Shown: positions 13,667 through 24,873, counted from the stretch's first letter. The stretch is DNA of 64,000 nucleotides from Cyanobacteriota bacterium (GCA_046045965.1 JBJOKS010000027.1:9035-73034), one strand, 5' to 3'. Notes: generated by a model from the sequence alone, not told the origin. A program made the numbers and translations.

Positions 13667-14377
13667 TCACCTAATTACTACTAACACTCCCATCATACCG
13701 TTAGAAATGGGGTAATGTGTGGCATTGACAAAACCAGCTTTTTGTGCTATTTGGACTTGCTCTTTACCAATGGGGAAGCGGTCTAAGCTGGGACTGATAT
13801 AAGCATATTCTTCCTTGACACCTAAATTAGTTGCCAGGGGAACAACGAGGTTATCTAAATACCACTGCTGAAAAGCGCGGAACATTGTATTACTAGGCCG
13901 ATGAAAGTCTAAAATTGCTGCTTTACCACCGGGCTTGAGAACACGATATATTTCTTGGAGACTGCGAGGAATATCTTTAACATTTCTTAAACCATAGCCC
14001 ATTGTGATGGCATCAAATTGATGGTCATCAAAGGGTAAATTGAGGACATCAGCTTCTATCCAAGTAATAGGAGGTTGGGGGTAATATCTTTGGCAGCGTT
14101 CTTTGGCGGTGGCGAGTAAGTTGCAGGAAAAGTCTACACCATAAACCTTTCCCGTCACTCCCACACGTCGCGCTAATTGAAAAGTTAAATCACCACTACC
14201 GCAGCATAAATCTAAACAGGTATCTCCTGGTTTAGCTGCACTCCATTTAACTGTCATTTCTTTCCAGATCCGGTGTTGTCCCAGACTTAAGTAATCGTTT
14301 AATTGGTCATAAACTGGGGCAATACGGTCAAAAATGCTGCGAATTTCGTCGTTAATGGGTGATTGATAATTGGTCAT
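13667..14377 (-). CDS. menG: Demethylphylloquinol/demethylmenaquinone methyltransferase (UbiE/MenG)
   Basis: [36 protein letters not shown]. Confidence 0.9.
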   Translation of the reverse strand: MTNYQSPINDEIRSIFDRIAPVYDQLNDYLSLGQHRIWKEMTVKWSAAKPGDTCLDLCCGSGDLTFQLARRVGVTGKVYGVDFSCNLLATAKERCQRYYPQPPITWIEADVLNLPFDDHQFDAITMGYGLRNVKDIPRSLQEIYRVLKPGGKAAILDFHRPSNTMFRAFQQWYLDNLVVPLATNLGVKEEYAYISPSLDRFPIGKEQVQIAQKAGFVNATHYPISNGMMGVLVVIR

Positions 14378-14407
14378 TTGCCGGGTAGTCAAGACAATTA
14401 GGTTAAT

Positions 14408-15349
14408 TTAGATACAATTACTGGAAAGAGCGATCGCTACTAATTGTACTGATAGATGAATGAGGTTAAGTTCATCTGCCCTTAAATTACAAGGTTGTTG
14501 CCACTGTAGCGATAATACCCCTAACATCCGCTGTCGATAAATAATCGGGATAATTAGATGTGCTTGAACTCCAGCAGCTTGGTAATGAGTAAGATTACTG
14601 AGATTAGGGTCTTTAGGTATATTTAAAGAAGATTGGATTTCACCAGTGGCGATCGCTGTTTTGAAGAGTGAATCTTGGGAGAGCCAATTTTCAACCACAC
14701 CGGTTTTACTGTAAACCCCCTGAGTGCCAACCAGCGTATTTTCTGTCATCATTTGGACAATACAACCATCAGCGGCAAAAGTTTCACTAAAGGCTTTAGC
14801 AATGGGAGCGAGAATTTCCTCTAAGCTAGAAGCAGCTTGAGTTACTTCCACCAAAACAGTCAAGAGATGCATTTGGGCATTAGCGCGACGTAGTTCTTCT
14901 GTTCGCTGTTTGAGCAAATCATAGGTGGCTGCGGCTCTTTGTACTACCTCCTTGAGTTCTCCAGAGTCCCAAGGTTTGGTGATGTACTTAAAAACTTGAC
15001 CAGAATTAATTGCTTCTACCAAGTCTTCAATATCAGTAAAGCCGGTGAGGATAATTCTGACTGTATCGGGAAATTGTGGTAGAGTCCTGCTGAGAAATTC
15101 AGTACCTTTCATTTCTGGCATTCGCTGATCGGAGATAATTACCGCTACTTCCCCTTCTTGTTCCAACAATTGTAGAGCATTTACACCACTTTCAGCTTTG
15201 AGGACGTTAAAATCACGGCGAAAGGTACGATAAAGTAGATCCAGATTATCTGGTTCATCATCAACTACCAAAATTTTCAGTTTTTTTCGGCGTTCGCGAC
15301 TACTTAATTGAGAGCGCACTTGCTCAATTTCGAGATTGGGGTTATCCAT
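14408..15349 (-). CDS. Response regulator with C-terminal GAF domain
   Basis: ILVVDDE, ISDQRMP, YITKPW; GAF-type IIPIIYRQRMLGVLSL. Confidence 0.88.
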   Translation of the reverse strand: MDNPNLEIEQVRSQLSSRERRKKLKILVVDDEPDNLDLLYRTFRRDFNVLKAESGVNALQLLEQEGEVAVIISDQRMPEMKGTEFLSRTLPQFPDTVRIILTGFTDIEDLVEAINSGQVFKYITKPWDSGELKEVVQRAAATYDLLKQRTEELRRANAQMHLLTVLVEVTQAASSLEEILAPIAKAFSETFAADGCIVQMMTENTLVGTQGVYSKTGVVENWLSQDSLFKTAIATGEIQSSLNIPKDPNLSNLTHYQAAGVQAHLIIPIIYRQRMLGVLSLQWQQPCNLRADELNLIHLSVQLVAIALSSNCI

Positions 15350-15527
15350 AAGTTTCTTTATATGTTCTTCACAATTTTGTTATATTCCAGACAAGGCTGA
15401 TTTGAGCATCCTGGTCGTCAGTGACTCAACACAAATATTTTTGTGCTGGCATTTCGAGATTAGAATGAGATTTGCTGCTCAGATTAAGCTGTAACATATT
15501 TTATATTGAAGCTTGCACTTCAGAATT

Positions 15528-16613
15528 ATGACTGAACTACCATCCAACACTCAAGATACTGACAATGCTGCTCATGATACAGCAGAAGAATTATTAGTCA
15601 AACTCAGACAAAAACAAGGTAACTGGGTGGAATGGGGAGTAGCGATCGCCTACCTGCAAAAAAACGGTTATAATCCCCAAGAAATCTTTGAATCTACTGG
15701 ATTTGAGCCAATTCAACAGAATCAAGTGATTGTTGGCGCTCAAGTTTACGGTGCTTTAGAAAAATTTGGCGCATCCGAAGCAACACGAGCATACTACGGT
15801 ACAAGAGCTAGTGATATTCTCTATGAACTGCGGTTACTGACTCAAGAAGACCGCGCCGCAGCTGCTGATCTGATTTTTATCCATAAACTCGATGTAGACG
15901 AAGCGCGGGATATCGCTAAAGCAATTAAAGATTTTTCTCGTTTTTCTACTCCACCACAAGGTTTTGTTAAACATCCAGGGGATGCAGTTGCTTATCAAGC
16001 GTGGAAACTAGCTAGACAAAATTCAGATTTACAAGAGCGATCGCGCTTAATTGCCAAGGGTTTGCGGTTTGTGCATTCGCCCACAGCTAGGAAACAAATC
16101 GAACAACTATTAACTGATTTTACCGTAGTTCACCAACGTCCTGCCCCAATTCTTCCCTTCTTCCGGCTGGAGTCAGATGAAGAATTACCCCGGCTTGTAC
16201 CTGTAGTGGGTGAATTACCATTAACACCTCAAGATGTAAAAGCTGTTCCCATAATTACAGAAGTTGGACCATTTCGCATGGTTAAATTTACTGGTGAACA
16301 AGTTTGGGTAGCCTTACCAGGTTGGCAAATATTAAGAGCTGCGGAAGATCCGGTTGTAATTGTTGCTAGTAGTGATATTTTTCCTAGCCCCACGCAAACT
16401 TACATAGAACCAATTTTAATCGTTATAGATCGCGCTCAAAGAGATTGGGATGCGTCTAGTCATTTTGCCTTTGATAATTCTGGAGAAGTTGATTTTCAGT
16501 GGTTTGAAACCGCACCAGAAAATACTTTGTTAGGGAAAATTATCATTATTTTACGTCCTAAGAAAGTTCTCGATGAAGAATTTAACAAGGATGCTTGGCA
16601 GATTGATGAATAA
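15528..16613 (+). CDS. raf1: RuBisCO accumulation factor 1
   Basis: LRQKQGNWVEWG, TGFEPIQQNQVIVG, LYELR, WVALPGW, C-terminal WQIDE. Confidence 0.93.
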   Translation: MTELPSNTQDTDNAAHDTAEELLVKLRQKQGNWVEWGVAIAYLQKNGYNPQEIFESTGFEPIQQNQVIVGAQVYGALEKFGASEATRAYYGTRASDILYELRLLTQEDRAAAADLIFIHKLDVDEARDIAKAIKDFSRFSTPPQGFVKHPGDAVAYQAWKLARQNSDLQERSRLIAKGLRFVHSPTARKQIEQLLTDFTVVHQRPAPILPFFRLESDEELPRLVPVVGELPLTPQDVKAVPIITEVGPFRMVKFTGEQVWVALPGWQILRAAEDPVVIVASSDIFPSPTQTYIEPILIVIDRAQRDWDASSHFAFDNSGEVDFQWFETAPENTLLGKIIIILRPKKVLDEEFNKDAWQIDE

Positions 16614-16683
16614 TTGGTAATGGGTAATTGGTAATGGGTAATGGGTAATTGGTAATATTAATTTTTCTCTTGCCTTTTGCCTA

Positions 16684-18363
16684 TTATGAATTACCACAAC
16701 GATAAAGCTGATAGGGATATGAGCCGATGCGATGGTGGTGGTTATTGTCTATGTTACAAGCTATTTTTTCGGGCAATTCCAACTGTGCAGCGAAATCTTC
16801 TCTTTTCATATTTGAACCTACAAACCACAAATTCATATTAGATATATTCGGTTTAGAAAAGCGAAAAAGTTGGTGATTAATAGTAGAGAAATCAACAGAG
16901 TGATCTAAAAAAGCTAGACTATCTTGATCTTGAATTTTTGGATGATTATTTCTCAGTTTTTCTAATGCTAAAGCAAAACTTAATCCTGCCGCTACATCTT
17001 GATAATTGTCGTATTTTACTACCAACATCAAAGGTACAGTAGGTTGTAAATTCATATTTTCGGCAACTTTTTCAGGTAGAAAGGGTTTTTGAAACGTTAA
17101 ATTATTAACAACAAAAATACAACTGGTTATACCTACTATTAAAAAGATATATTTGGGAATTCTTATTTTATCGAAGCTTGCTGCAATGAGAGCGCAAAAA
17201 CTCGGATAATAAACAAAGCTATAACGGGGTACAATAGTAATATCTTTACCTAATAAATAGGCAATAACGAAGAATTGAAATAATACAAAAAAAGTGAAAC
17301 TTAAAAGTGTGAATGTAGAGAAATGAGTTGTATGATTAGCCCATAGTAACTTGAGATTTGCCAAGACCTTTAAACCCACAAAAATTGTAAATATTACCAT
17401 CAAAAAACTACAAATAATTTGAATTACCAAAGGTTGATTTTCCACAGGGAGCGTAATGATCATTAATACCCAGTTGAGCAGAGTTTGATAGATAGGTTCA
17501 AAGTGCTGAGGAGATGGTAACCAGTTAGTTTCTGAACTACGAAAATGTCTGAATGACACCATTAACCAGGGAATAAAGCTAATAATAACAGTACAAGTTG
17601 AGAGAATTAAATATAAACAGATTTGGCGGAAGTTGACGATTTTGAATCTACCTCTATAAATTAGGAATAAAAGGGTGAGAATTTGAGCATTTAAAGAGAG
17701 AATAAAAAAATAGTGAACATAAAGACCAATACTATTAATAGTAGCCCAAGATATCCAGATCCAAAATTTAGAACTGTTATGTTCAAAAATATCTTGTTTA
17801 ATTTTCATGAGCAAAAATAATGCTATGCTAATTAATAGCATAGGTAAAGTATAGTGCCTTGCTTCTTGGGAGAGGTAAACAGCAAAGGGGGATAAAGCCA
17901 TAAACAATGCTGCCATAATTCCCGATGTGGGAGAAAAGGCAAGACAATTAACACCATAAATTGCTATAATTGCAGCCACACCAAATAAAGCGGGGAGCGA
18001 TCGCAATTTTGCCACACACCCTGCACTCAAGGGATGTAGCCACTCTAACCAACTATACATTCCACAAAAAAACAGCGGTGGATGAGTGGAATAATTAGCA
18101 AGATTTTCCGCAATTTGCGAGCAACTAACTCCAGATTTAAAAGCGAAAATGTCCTGTAGCTGGTGGAGAGGAAAAACTACGTCTAAAGGTAAATCACGGT
18201 AATTTTTACCCAAACTAAAAATAGCGGTAATTATTTCATCTAACCACAGAGGTTTTAAGTCCAAATGCCAAAAGCGCAAAATAGCTCCCAGTGCTATAGC
18301 ACCAGTTAAACCCAGATAATGTAGATAAATTTGACGATTAATCATTATGTAGTTATTGGACAT
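16684..18363 (-). CDS. GT-C (GT39/PMT-like) integral membrane glycosyltransferase
   Basis: LWLDE, HPPLFF, SQEARHY; many TM segments. Confidence 0.85.
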   Translation of the reverse strand: MSNNYIMINRQIYLHYLGLTGAIALGAILRFWHLDLKPLWLDEIITAIFSLGKNYRDLPLDVVFPLHQLQDIFAFKSGVSCSQIAENLANYSTHPPLFFCGMYSWLEWLHPLSAGCVAKLRSLPALFGVAAIIAIYGVNCLAFSPTSGIMAALFMALSPFAVYLSQEARHYTLPMLLISIALFLLMKIKQDIFEHNSSKFWIWISWATINSIGLYVHYFFILSLNAQILTLLFLIYRGRFKIVNFRQICLYLILSTCTVIISFIPWLMVSFRHFRSSETNWLPSPQHFEPIYQTLLNWVLMIITLPVENQPLVIQIICSFLMVIFTIFVGLKVLANLKLLWANHTTHFSTFTLLSFTFFVLFQFFVIAYLLGKDITIVPRYSFVYYPSFCALIAASFDKIRIPKYIFLIVGITSCIFVVNNLTFQKPFLPEKVAENMNLQPTVPLMLVVKYDNYQDVAAGLSFALALEKLRNNHPKIQDQDSLAFLDHSVDFSTINHQLFRFSKPNISNMNLWFVGSNMKREDFAAQLELPEKIACNIDNNHHHRIGSYPYQLYRCGNS

Positions 18364-18477
18364 TTATATGAATTTTTGGTATTGCATCGGCGGAAATATA
18401 AATAAAGGCACATAAATAATAAATCAATCTTTTTAATTTCTCACCCCTATAAACAACAAAAAAGCCTAAATATTAAT

Positions 18478-20859
18478 ATGTCAAAAGATCAGTTTACAGA
18501 TATATATTCTCAAGAAACCGTAGAATCAGAAGAGATTCAACAATCATCTGTGACTAGGTTACGGGAAAATATTCACAAAATTCGTGATAAATTGCGGTCT
18601 GGACAAAAGCAAATGGCTGACTGGGAAACCGGACCGTTGGCTGTATCTGCTGTTCCTGGTGCTGGTAAATCTACGGGTATGGCCGCTGCTGCTGCTATAG
18701 CAATAGCGCGTCAATATCAGCTTTCTGTTTCCACAGGTAAGAGTTATCGCCGTCAGTTGGTAGTTGTCACATTTACCCGTTCCGCTGCTGCTAACCTGAA
18801 ATTAAAAATCCGCGACAAGTTAAAAGAATTAGGCTTACCACAAACTGGTTTTGTTGTTTATACTCTACATGGTTTAGCCTTAAATATAGCCAGTCGTCAT
18901 CCTGATTTATCGGGTTTACAATTAGAAAATGTTACATTAATTACTCCTAATCAAAGTCATCGCTTTATCCGTATAGCCGTAGAACAATGGATTAATAATC
19001 ATCCTATAATTTATCGCCGCTTGTTAGAAGGTCAACAATTTGACGGAGAAGAAACAGAAAAGTTGCGTCGTCAGTCAGTGCTGCGAACGGAAGTATTACC
19101 AGATTTGGCTTATACTGTGATTCATGAAGCTAAAAGTTCGGGAATCTTACCAGAAAAATTGTACCAATGGAGTGAAAAAAGTAAAGATCCCTATCAAATT
19201 TTACGCATTGCGGCGGGATTGTACGAAGAATATCAAAAATTAATGCAATTGCAGGACTTCATCGACTACGATGATATGATTTTAGCCTCCTTGAAGGTAT
19301 TAGAAAATGATAGCGCCAGAAGGATTGAAAAAAACAAAATTTTCGCCGTTTTTGAAGATGAAGCTCAAGATTCTAGCCAACTACAAACGCAACTTTTAGA
19401 AATATTAGCTAGTGAGGGCGACGGAAATAATTCAGATCAATCAATACTTAACTTAGTGCGAGTTGGTGATCCTAACCAAGCAATTAACTCAACTTTTACC
19501 CCTGCTGATCCGATTTATTTTCGTGAGTTTTGTAAAAATTGTGATGTTGATCAACGACTAGCAACAATGAATCAAGCTGGACGCAGTAGCCGGATTATTA
19601 TTGATGCTGCTAACTTTGCTTTGCAATGGGTAAATAGTCAATGGTCAACAAAAAATAACAACAAACAAACACCATTTTTAGAGCAAAAAATTGAGGCTGT
19701 TAATGTTGATGATCCGCAACCAGATGCGAATCCTACACCAGTGGGAAAAGGTTTAGAATTATATAGTCCTCGTGATATTCATCAGACAGTTGAGTTACTT
19801 TCTCAGAGAGTTGTAGAGTTATTTAAGTACAATTCCCAATCCTGTGCTGCTGTATTGGTGCGAGAAAATCGTCAAGGTAGATGGTTAGCAGAAGCATTAG
19901 AACCGATTTGTAAAGAACATAATATTAAACTTTATGATGTGGGAGAAAGAGAAAGACGTTCTCATGTTCCCCAAGAGATTTTATCATTATTGCAATTTTG
20001 CGATCGCCCCCATTCTCCTGATTATTTAAAAGCTACCTTAGAGGTTTTAGTCCAACGTCAATTAATTCCCACCCAAGATATTAACACTCTCGCTAGTTTA
20101 CCAGAAGAATTTTTATATCCTGGACCCTTAGCAACTCCCCAAACAGAGACAGTGCAAAAAGCTGCTCATTTATGTCGAAGTTTGCTTCGCGCTCGTGTAG
20201 AATTACCCACATATCAAATTATTTCCTTTTTAGCCTTAACCTTAAATTATGATCAAGCAGAATTAGCCACATCTGACAAACTTGCAGAACGGGTAAACCT
20301 GCAAATCTTCAGTAATAATTCAATGGGTGCAATGCTTTCCGCTTTAAGTGAAATCGTCAATTCTGAACGGTTTGAACCAGTCGATACAGACAATTTAGAA
20401 GAACAATATACTAAAAAAGGTCAACTAACAATTATCACCATGCACAAAGCCAAAGGGCTAGACTGGGATCATGTGTTTTTGCCTTTTTTACATGAAAATT
20501 TAATTCCTGGTAAATTTTGGGTTCCTCCCCAAAGTCAATTTTTAGGAGCTTTTACTTTATCAGAAGTAGCACGGGCCCAAATTCGGGCTGCACTTCATCA
20601 AAAAGGGGAAAATATACCCAATATTAGCCAAGCTTGGGAAGATGCAAAATATCTGAAAATGGCGGAAGAATACCGTTTACTTTATGTTGCCATGACTAGG
20701 GCTAAAAAGTTGTTATGGATGTCTGCGGCTCAACAAGCACCTTTTACTTGGAGTAAACCCAATAATTTACAAGCTTCAGCACCTTGTCCGGTTTTTGCAG
20801 CTTTAAAAAGACAGTTTTTTGAAAATGTGATGAATTTGGCTGTAGTATCCAAATCATAG
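18478..20859 (+). CDS. UvrD/REP-family ATP-dependent helicase
   Basis: PGAGKS, TFTRSAA, DEAQD, VGDPNQAI, TMHKAKGLDW, LLYVAMTRA. Confidence 0.93.
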   Translation: MSKDQFTDIYSQETVESEEIQQSSVTRLRENIHKIRDKLRSGQKQMADWETGPLAVSAVPGAGKSTGMAAAAAIAIARQYQLSVSTGKSYRRQLVVVTFTRSAAANLKLKIRDKLKELGLPQTGFVVYTLHGLALNIASRHPDLSGLQLENVTLITPNQSHRFIRIAVEQWINNHPIIYRRLLEGQQFDGEETEKLRRQSVLRTEVLPDLAYTVIHEAKSSGILPEKLYQWSEKSKDPYQILRIAAGLYEEYQKLMQLQDFIDYDDMILASLKVLENDSARRIEKNKIFAVFEDEAQDSSQLQTQLLEILASEGDGNNSDQSILNLVRVGDPNQAINSTFTPADPIYFREFCKNCDVDQRLATMNQAGRSSRIIIDAANFALQWVNSQWSTKNNNKQTPFLEQKIEAVNVDDPQPDANPTPVGKGLELYSPRDIHQTVELLSQRVVELFKYNSQSCAAVLVRENRQGRWLAEALEPICKEHNIKLYDVGERERRSHVPQEILSLLQFCDRPHSPDYLKATLEVLVQRQLIPTQDINTLASLPEEFLYPGPLATPQTETVQKAAHLCRSLLRARVELPTYQIISFLALTLNYDQAELATSDKLAERVNLQIFSNNSMGAMLSALSEIVNSERFEPVDTDNLEEQYTKKGQLTIITMHKAKGLDWDHVFLPFLHENLIPGKFWVPPQSQFLGAFTLSEVARAQIRAALHQKGENIPNISQAWEDAKYLKMAEEYRLLYVAMTRAKKLLWMSAAQQAPFTWSKPNNLQASAPCPVFAALKRQFFENVMNLAVVSKS

Positions 20860-20897
20860 ATGAAGCGCGCTCCCTGTCATTTATACCTTAGTTGGCT

Positions 20898-21338
20898 ATG
20901 AAAATCCAATCCTGGCTTAAATCACTGTCCAAAAAGTATGATCCCTATCTAACTTGGGTGTTGTTAATATTGATGTTATCTTCTGTATTTTGGAATATTT
21001 ATAGCATTCAAAAAGATATAGCTTTAGATAAACAAAGACAACAAGCTCAGGAACGTCTAGATAATTACTTTCAACAAGGTGATAAACTTAAAGAAAAATC
21101 AGCACAAAAAACAGATGCAATTAAAAAAATAAACCAGGAAGTTAAACAATGTTTGGCACAAAATAAAACCGAAGTCAATAAATGTGAAAATCTTTTAGCT
21201 AAATCAGTTGCACTTACTGAAGAATTTAAGACTATTTCTCAAGAGTACCAACAATTGATGGTAAATATAAATCAAGATTACTGTTTTCTCTATCCTGATA
21301 CAAATGAAAAAAATTGCCAAATACTTAAGAAAAAATAA
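20898..21338 (+). CDS. Hypothetical membrane-anchored coiled-coil protein
   Basis: Single TM near the N-terminus, K/Q-rich helical tail with 4 Cys. Confidence 0.65.
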   Translation: MKIQSWLKSLSKKYDPYLTWVLLILMLSSVFWNIYSIQKDIALDKQRQQAQERLDNYFQQGDKLKEKSAQKTDAIKKINQEVKQCLAQNKTEVNKCENLLAKSVALTEEFKTISQEYQQLMVNINQDYCFLYPDTNEKNCQILKKK

Positions 21339-21492
21339 AGAGTCAGTAGCGATGGAGAGAAATTAACTAATGTCTAATGACTAATAACTAATGACCAATC
21401 TCTATTCATTCATTGCCAAAATCGGGAACAAAATCAGGATAAAAACCGTAAATGTAATTGTATATGTTTTCAAAGAGGCAAGGAAATTAAAT

Positions 21493-22464
21493 ATGCTATC
21501 AAATCTAAAAAATAACCGTAAATTATCAAAATCAATTGTTTTCACCCTGGCTTTAACGGGTTTGCTAACTGGTGGAATACATATCACTAATAATAATACA
21601 GCGTTAGCTATTACCAAAACCCAACAAACACAAATAGCTCAAAATACTTTACCTAGAAATATTGCCAGAGCAGTGTTAAGAAATGCTTCTGTGCGTTCTG
21701 GTGTGAAAATACCTGATTTGAAAATTTCTCAAGTCACGCCTACAACTTTTAGCAACCGCTGTATGTTCGAGTTTAAAGAGGTTTGCACTAAGGAATTTAA
21801 TCCTATTCAGGGTTGGGTTGTAGTTGTGAAGGTAAAACAGCAATCTTGGACTTATCACGTTAGTCAATCTTCGCAAATTGTGATTGATCCGAAAATTAAT
21901 TTTTCTGATGTTTCTCAATTACCAAAAACTATTGCTAATAAAGTTTTGAAAGATGCTGCTAACCGTTCTGGTGTACCAAGTAGTTCTGTAAAAATTATTC
22001 GTTCCACACAAAAGAATTTTAGTAATTCCTGTGTGTTCAATTTTGGTGAAGTCTGTACTCAACAATATGATCCCGTTGCAGGTTGGGAAATAGTTGTGAA
22101 GGTGAAAGCAGAATCTTGGACTTATCATGTCAATAAGTCTGGTTCGCAAATTGTAATTGATCCGAAAATTACTGCTACTGAGGGTTCTAAATTACCAGAA
22201 AAGATTGCTGAAAAAGTTTTGAGTGATGCTTATCAACGTTCGCGTTTGCAAACTACCGCTATCAAAATTACTGGTACTGTTCAGAAAACTTTTAGTAATT
22301 CCTGTGTGTTTAATTTTGGTGAAATTTGTACTCAGCAATATGATCCTGTTGAGGGTTGGGAAGTGGTTCTCAGCGTTAACAATCAATTTTGGACTTATCA
22401 TGTAGATCGTACAGGTTCACGCATCGTTTTAGCTCCCCAGGTCGCAGCCACCTTGAAAAAATAA
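21493..22464 (+). CDS. Secreted protein with three ~89-aa two-Cys repeats
   Basis: Signal-like N-terminus ending ALA; three copies of LP..IA..VL...RS...FSN.C.F.F.E.CT...P..GW.VV.......WTYHV. Confidence 0.85.
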   Translation: MLSNLKNNRKLSKSIVFTLALTGLLTGGIHITNNNTALAITKTQQTQIAQNTLPRNIARAVLRNASVRSGVKIPDLKISQVTPTTFSNRCMFEFKEVCTKEFNPIQGWVVVVKVKQQSWTYHVSQSSQIVIDPKINFSDVSQLPKTIANKVLKDAANRSGVPSSSVKIIRSTQKNFSNSCVFNFGEVCTQQYDPVAGWEIVVKVKAESWTYHVNKSGSQIVIDPKITATEGSKLPEKIAEKVLSDAYQRSRLQTTAIKITGTVQKTFSNSCVFNFGEICTQQYDPVEGWEVVLSVNNQFWTYHVDRTGSRIVLAPQVAATLKK

Positions 22465-22478
22465 AGGAAGCAGGAGTC

Positions 22479-22551
22479 ATAGGGGCGAAGCATTTGGAAA
22501 ATAAACTGGGGAAAAAACCGATAAATTATCGTCCGAATGCTTCGCCCGTAC
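22479..22551. repeat. REP-like inverted pair (TAGGGGCGAAGCATT...AATGCTTCGCCCGTA) inside a CAGGAGT array
   Basis: Inverted arms read directly; CAGGAGT units on both sides. Confidence 0.75.
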
Positions 22552-22692
22552 AGGAGTCAGGAGTCAGGAGCAACCCCTAAATATTAGGTGTTCCCTGTTC
22601 CTGCTGATAGCTGCTGACATTCTTGACAAATGTTGGTTAATTTGAGTTTTATTGGTATATAATTGTAGATTGTGTTGATTCAAAGCCATATC

Positions 22693-22890
22693 ATGCCTAA
22701 ACTCAAGACTCGCAAGGCAGCAGCGAAAAGATTCCGCACTACCGGTAGCGGTAAAATAGTGCGTCGTAAACCTTTCAAAAACCATTTGTTAGAGCATAAA
22801 TCCTCTAGCAAAAAGAGCAATCTGTCGAAAATGGCAGTTGTCCATGAACGCGACGAAGATAACGTGCGGTTAATGCTTCCATATTTGTAA
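22693..22890 (+). CDS. rpmI: 50S ribosomal protein L35
   Basis: [14 protein letters not shown]. Confidence 0.97.
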   Translation: MPKLKTRKAAAKRFRTTGSGKIVRRKPFKNHLLEHKSSSKKSNLSKMAVVHERDEDNVRLMLPYL

Positions 22891-22911
22891 ATCCTTCAGG
22901 TACTGTAAAAA

Positions 22912-23268
22912 ATGACTCGTGTAAAACGCGGTAATGTAGCTCGTAAACGCCGCAATAAAATTCTCAAATTAGCTAAAGGTTTTCGTGGTTCTCACTCCAC
23001 TCTGTTTAGAACCGCTAACCAACAGGTGATGAAGGCGCTTCGCAGTGCATACCGCGATCGCAAAAAGAAAAAGCGCGATTTTCGCCGTCTGTGGATCACC
23101 CGTATTAACGCAGCTTCTAGACAACATGGTTTGAGCTACAGCCAGTTAATTGGTAATCTCAAAAAAGCTAACGTTGAGCTAAACCGCAAAATGTTGGCAC
23201 AGTTGGCAGTTCTTGATCCTGCAAGCTTCGCTAAAGTTGCTGAACTGGCAAACTCCGCTAAAGGCTAA
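22912..23268 (+). CDS. rplT: 50S ribosomal protein L20
   Basis: MTRVKRG...[11 protein letters not shown]. Confidence 0.98.
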   Translation: MTRVKRGNVARKRRNKILKLAKGFRGSHSTLFRTANQQVMKALRSAYRDRKKKKRDFRRLWITRINAASRQHGLSYSQLIGNLKKANVELNRKMLAQLAVLDPASFAKVAELANSAKG

Positions 23269-23430
23269 AGGTAGGAACGGATGAATAACGGATGTAACGG
23301 ATAGCTCCTTCGGAAAATTAAAAATTAAAAATTCAAAATTCAAAATTCAAATTTTGAATTTGACAGTTTGAATTTTTAATGGGAGCGTATCGCTTAGACG
23401 TAGCGTCTCGTAGGAAAACGAAGGTTAATT

Positions 23431-24216
23431 ATGAATCGGTTACATCTGGTATTATCCGCTACCTTTATCTTAATTTTTTGCCTGTTCTTTGGGGAGATAG
23501 ATGTGGTGGCTTCTGCTGCGACTATGGCAGAAATTCAACAGCGGGGCTATTTGACTGTGGCGGTTAAGGATAATCTTCGTCCTTTGGGTTTTAGGGATGA
23601 TAAAGGCGATTTACAAGGCTTAGAGATTGATTTAACCAAGCGTTTGGCAGCTGATTTGTTAGGTAAAGCAGATGCTGTGAAGTTGCAACCTGTAGCTAAC
23701 CGCGATCGCTTACCTGCGGTTTTTGATCATCAAGTTGATCTGGCGATCGCCAGAGTTACCGCCACTCAATCACGATCCCGCATAGTTAGCTTCAGTGTTC
23801 CTTACTATTATGATGGGGCAGCAATAGTTACAAAAAATACCGCTATTAAAAATTTTCAAGACTTAGCAAAACGTAAAATCGCTGTACTCAGTCACTCCAG
23901 CACTATTTCTTACATAAAATACTTTATACCTAATGCTGAATTAGTCGGTGTTAATTCCTACAACCAAGGAAGAGAGCAGATAGAAAGTGGTAAAGTGGAT
24001 GCTTTTGCTGCTGATGTCAGCGTTTTAAGTGGTTGGGTGCAAGAATATCCCCAGTATCAAATATTGCCTACCAAACTATCAACAGAACCATTATCTGTAG
24101 TTATGCCCAAAGGATTGCAGTACGATGAATTAAGAAGAGCAGTAAATGAAGCGATCGCCCGTTATACAATTACAGGTTGGCTCAAAGAACGTGTAGAATA
24201 TTGGGGACTAAAATAA
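23431..24216 (+). CDS. Polar amino acid ABC substrate-binding protein (family 3)
   Basis: IQQRGYLTVAV, GLEIDL, VSFSVPYY. Confidence 0.88.
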   Translation: MNRLHLVLSATFILIFCLFFGEIDVVASAATMAEIQQRGYLTVAVKDNLRPLGFRDDKGDLQGLEIDLTKRLAADLLGKADAVKLQPVANRDRLPAVFDHQVDLAIARVTATQSRSRIVSFSVPYYYDGAAIVTKNTAIKNFQDLAKRKIAVLSHSSTISYIKYFIPNAELVGVNSYNQGREQIESGKVDAFAADVSVLSGWVQEYPQYQILPTKLSTEPLSVVMPKGLQYDELRRAVNEAIARYTITGWLKERVEYWGLK

Positions 24217-24348
24217 TTCAGAATGTATAATTAATAATTCAGAATGTATGAACTTTTATTGTTAAATCTTAATTTATTTATTTCCCCATTTTCCCAGAAA
24301 GTTGATAATAGATAGAGAAAGCAAGTTTAATATTTGTATTTGCAACCA

Positions 24349-24873
24349 ATGGATAACAATCTAGTAATCGTTTATCTCTCAATTTTCGTCGGTTTGCTCC
24401 TATTTGCGGGAGTGAGTGTTTTTCGGCAAATTTTCAAAACTCGTAAACTTGAAAATTCTCTTTCCCGGTTGAAAACCAAATTGACAAAAGAAAAAGGTAC
24501 TGCTCAAGAATATTACGAATTAGCCAGTATTTATTCAGAAAAAAAAGTTTTTACCCAGGCAATACCCCTATTTCAAAAAGCTCTGAAAGCCGCAGAAGAA
24601 GAGGGAGAAGAAAGTATTGCCCCAGTCTATAATGGTTTGGGATATGTTTACTTTGCCCAAGAACAATATGATTTAGCAATTAAGCAGTACAAAGAAGCAC
24701 TGAAATTACAGCCTAATTATGTAACAGCCTTGAATAATCTTGGACACGCTTACGAAAAGAAAAAATTAACTGCTCAGGCGTTGCAAATGTATGAAGAAGC
24801 ACTAAAAATTTCACCAAATAACGCCATAGCTAAACGTCGTGCTGAATCTTTGCGTCGTTTAGTTTCTGCATAA
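24349..24873 (+). CDS. ycf37: Ycf37/Pyg7-like TPR protein (PSI assembly)
   Basis: N-terminal TM plus TPRs (YNGLGYVY, ALNNLGHAYE); position downstream of rplT. Confidence 0.8.
   Translation: MDNNLVIVYLSIFVGLLLFAGVSVFRQIFKTRKLENSLSRLKTKLTKEKGTAQEYYELASIYSEKKVFTQAIPLFQKALKAAEEEGEESIAPVYNGLGYVYFAQEQYDLAIKQYKEALKLQPNYVTALNNLGHAYEKKKLTAQALQMYEEALKISPNNAIAKRRAESLRRLVSA

Noticed and set aside
13531..13715. N-terminal extension of DUF445 and overlapping small ORFs
   Set aside because: PQSPVPS and GDWGLG peptides are STRR translations
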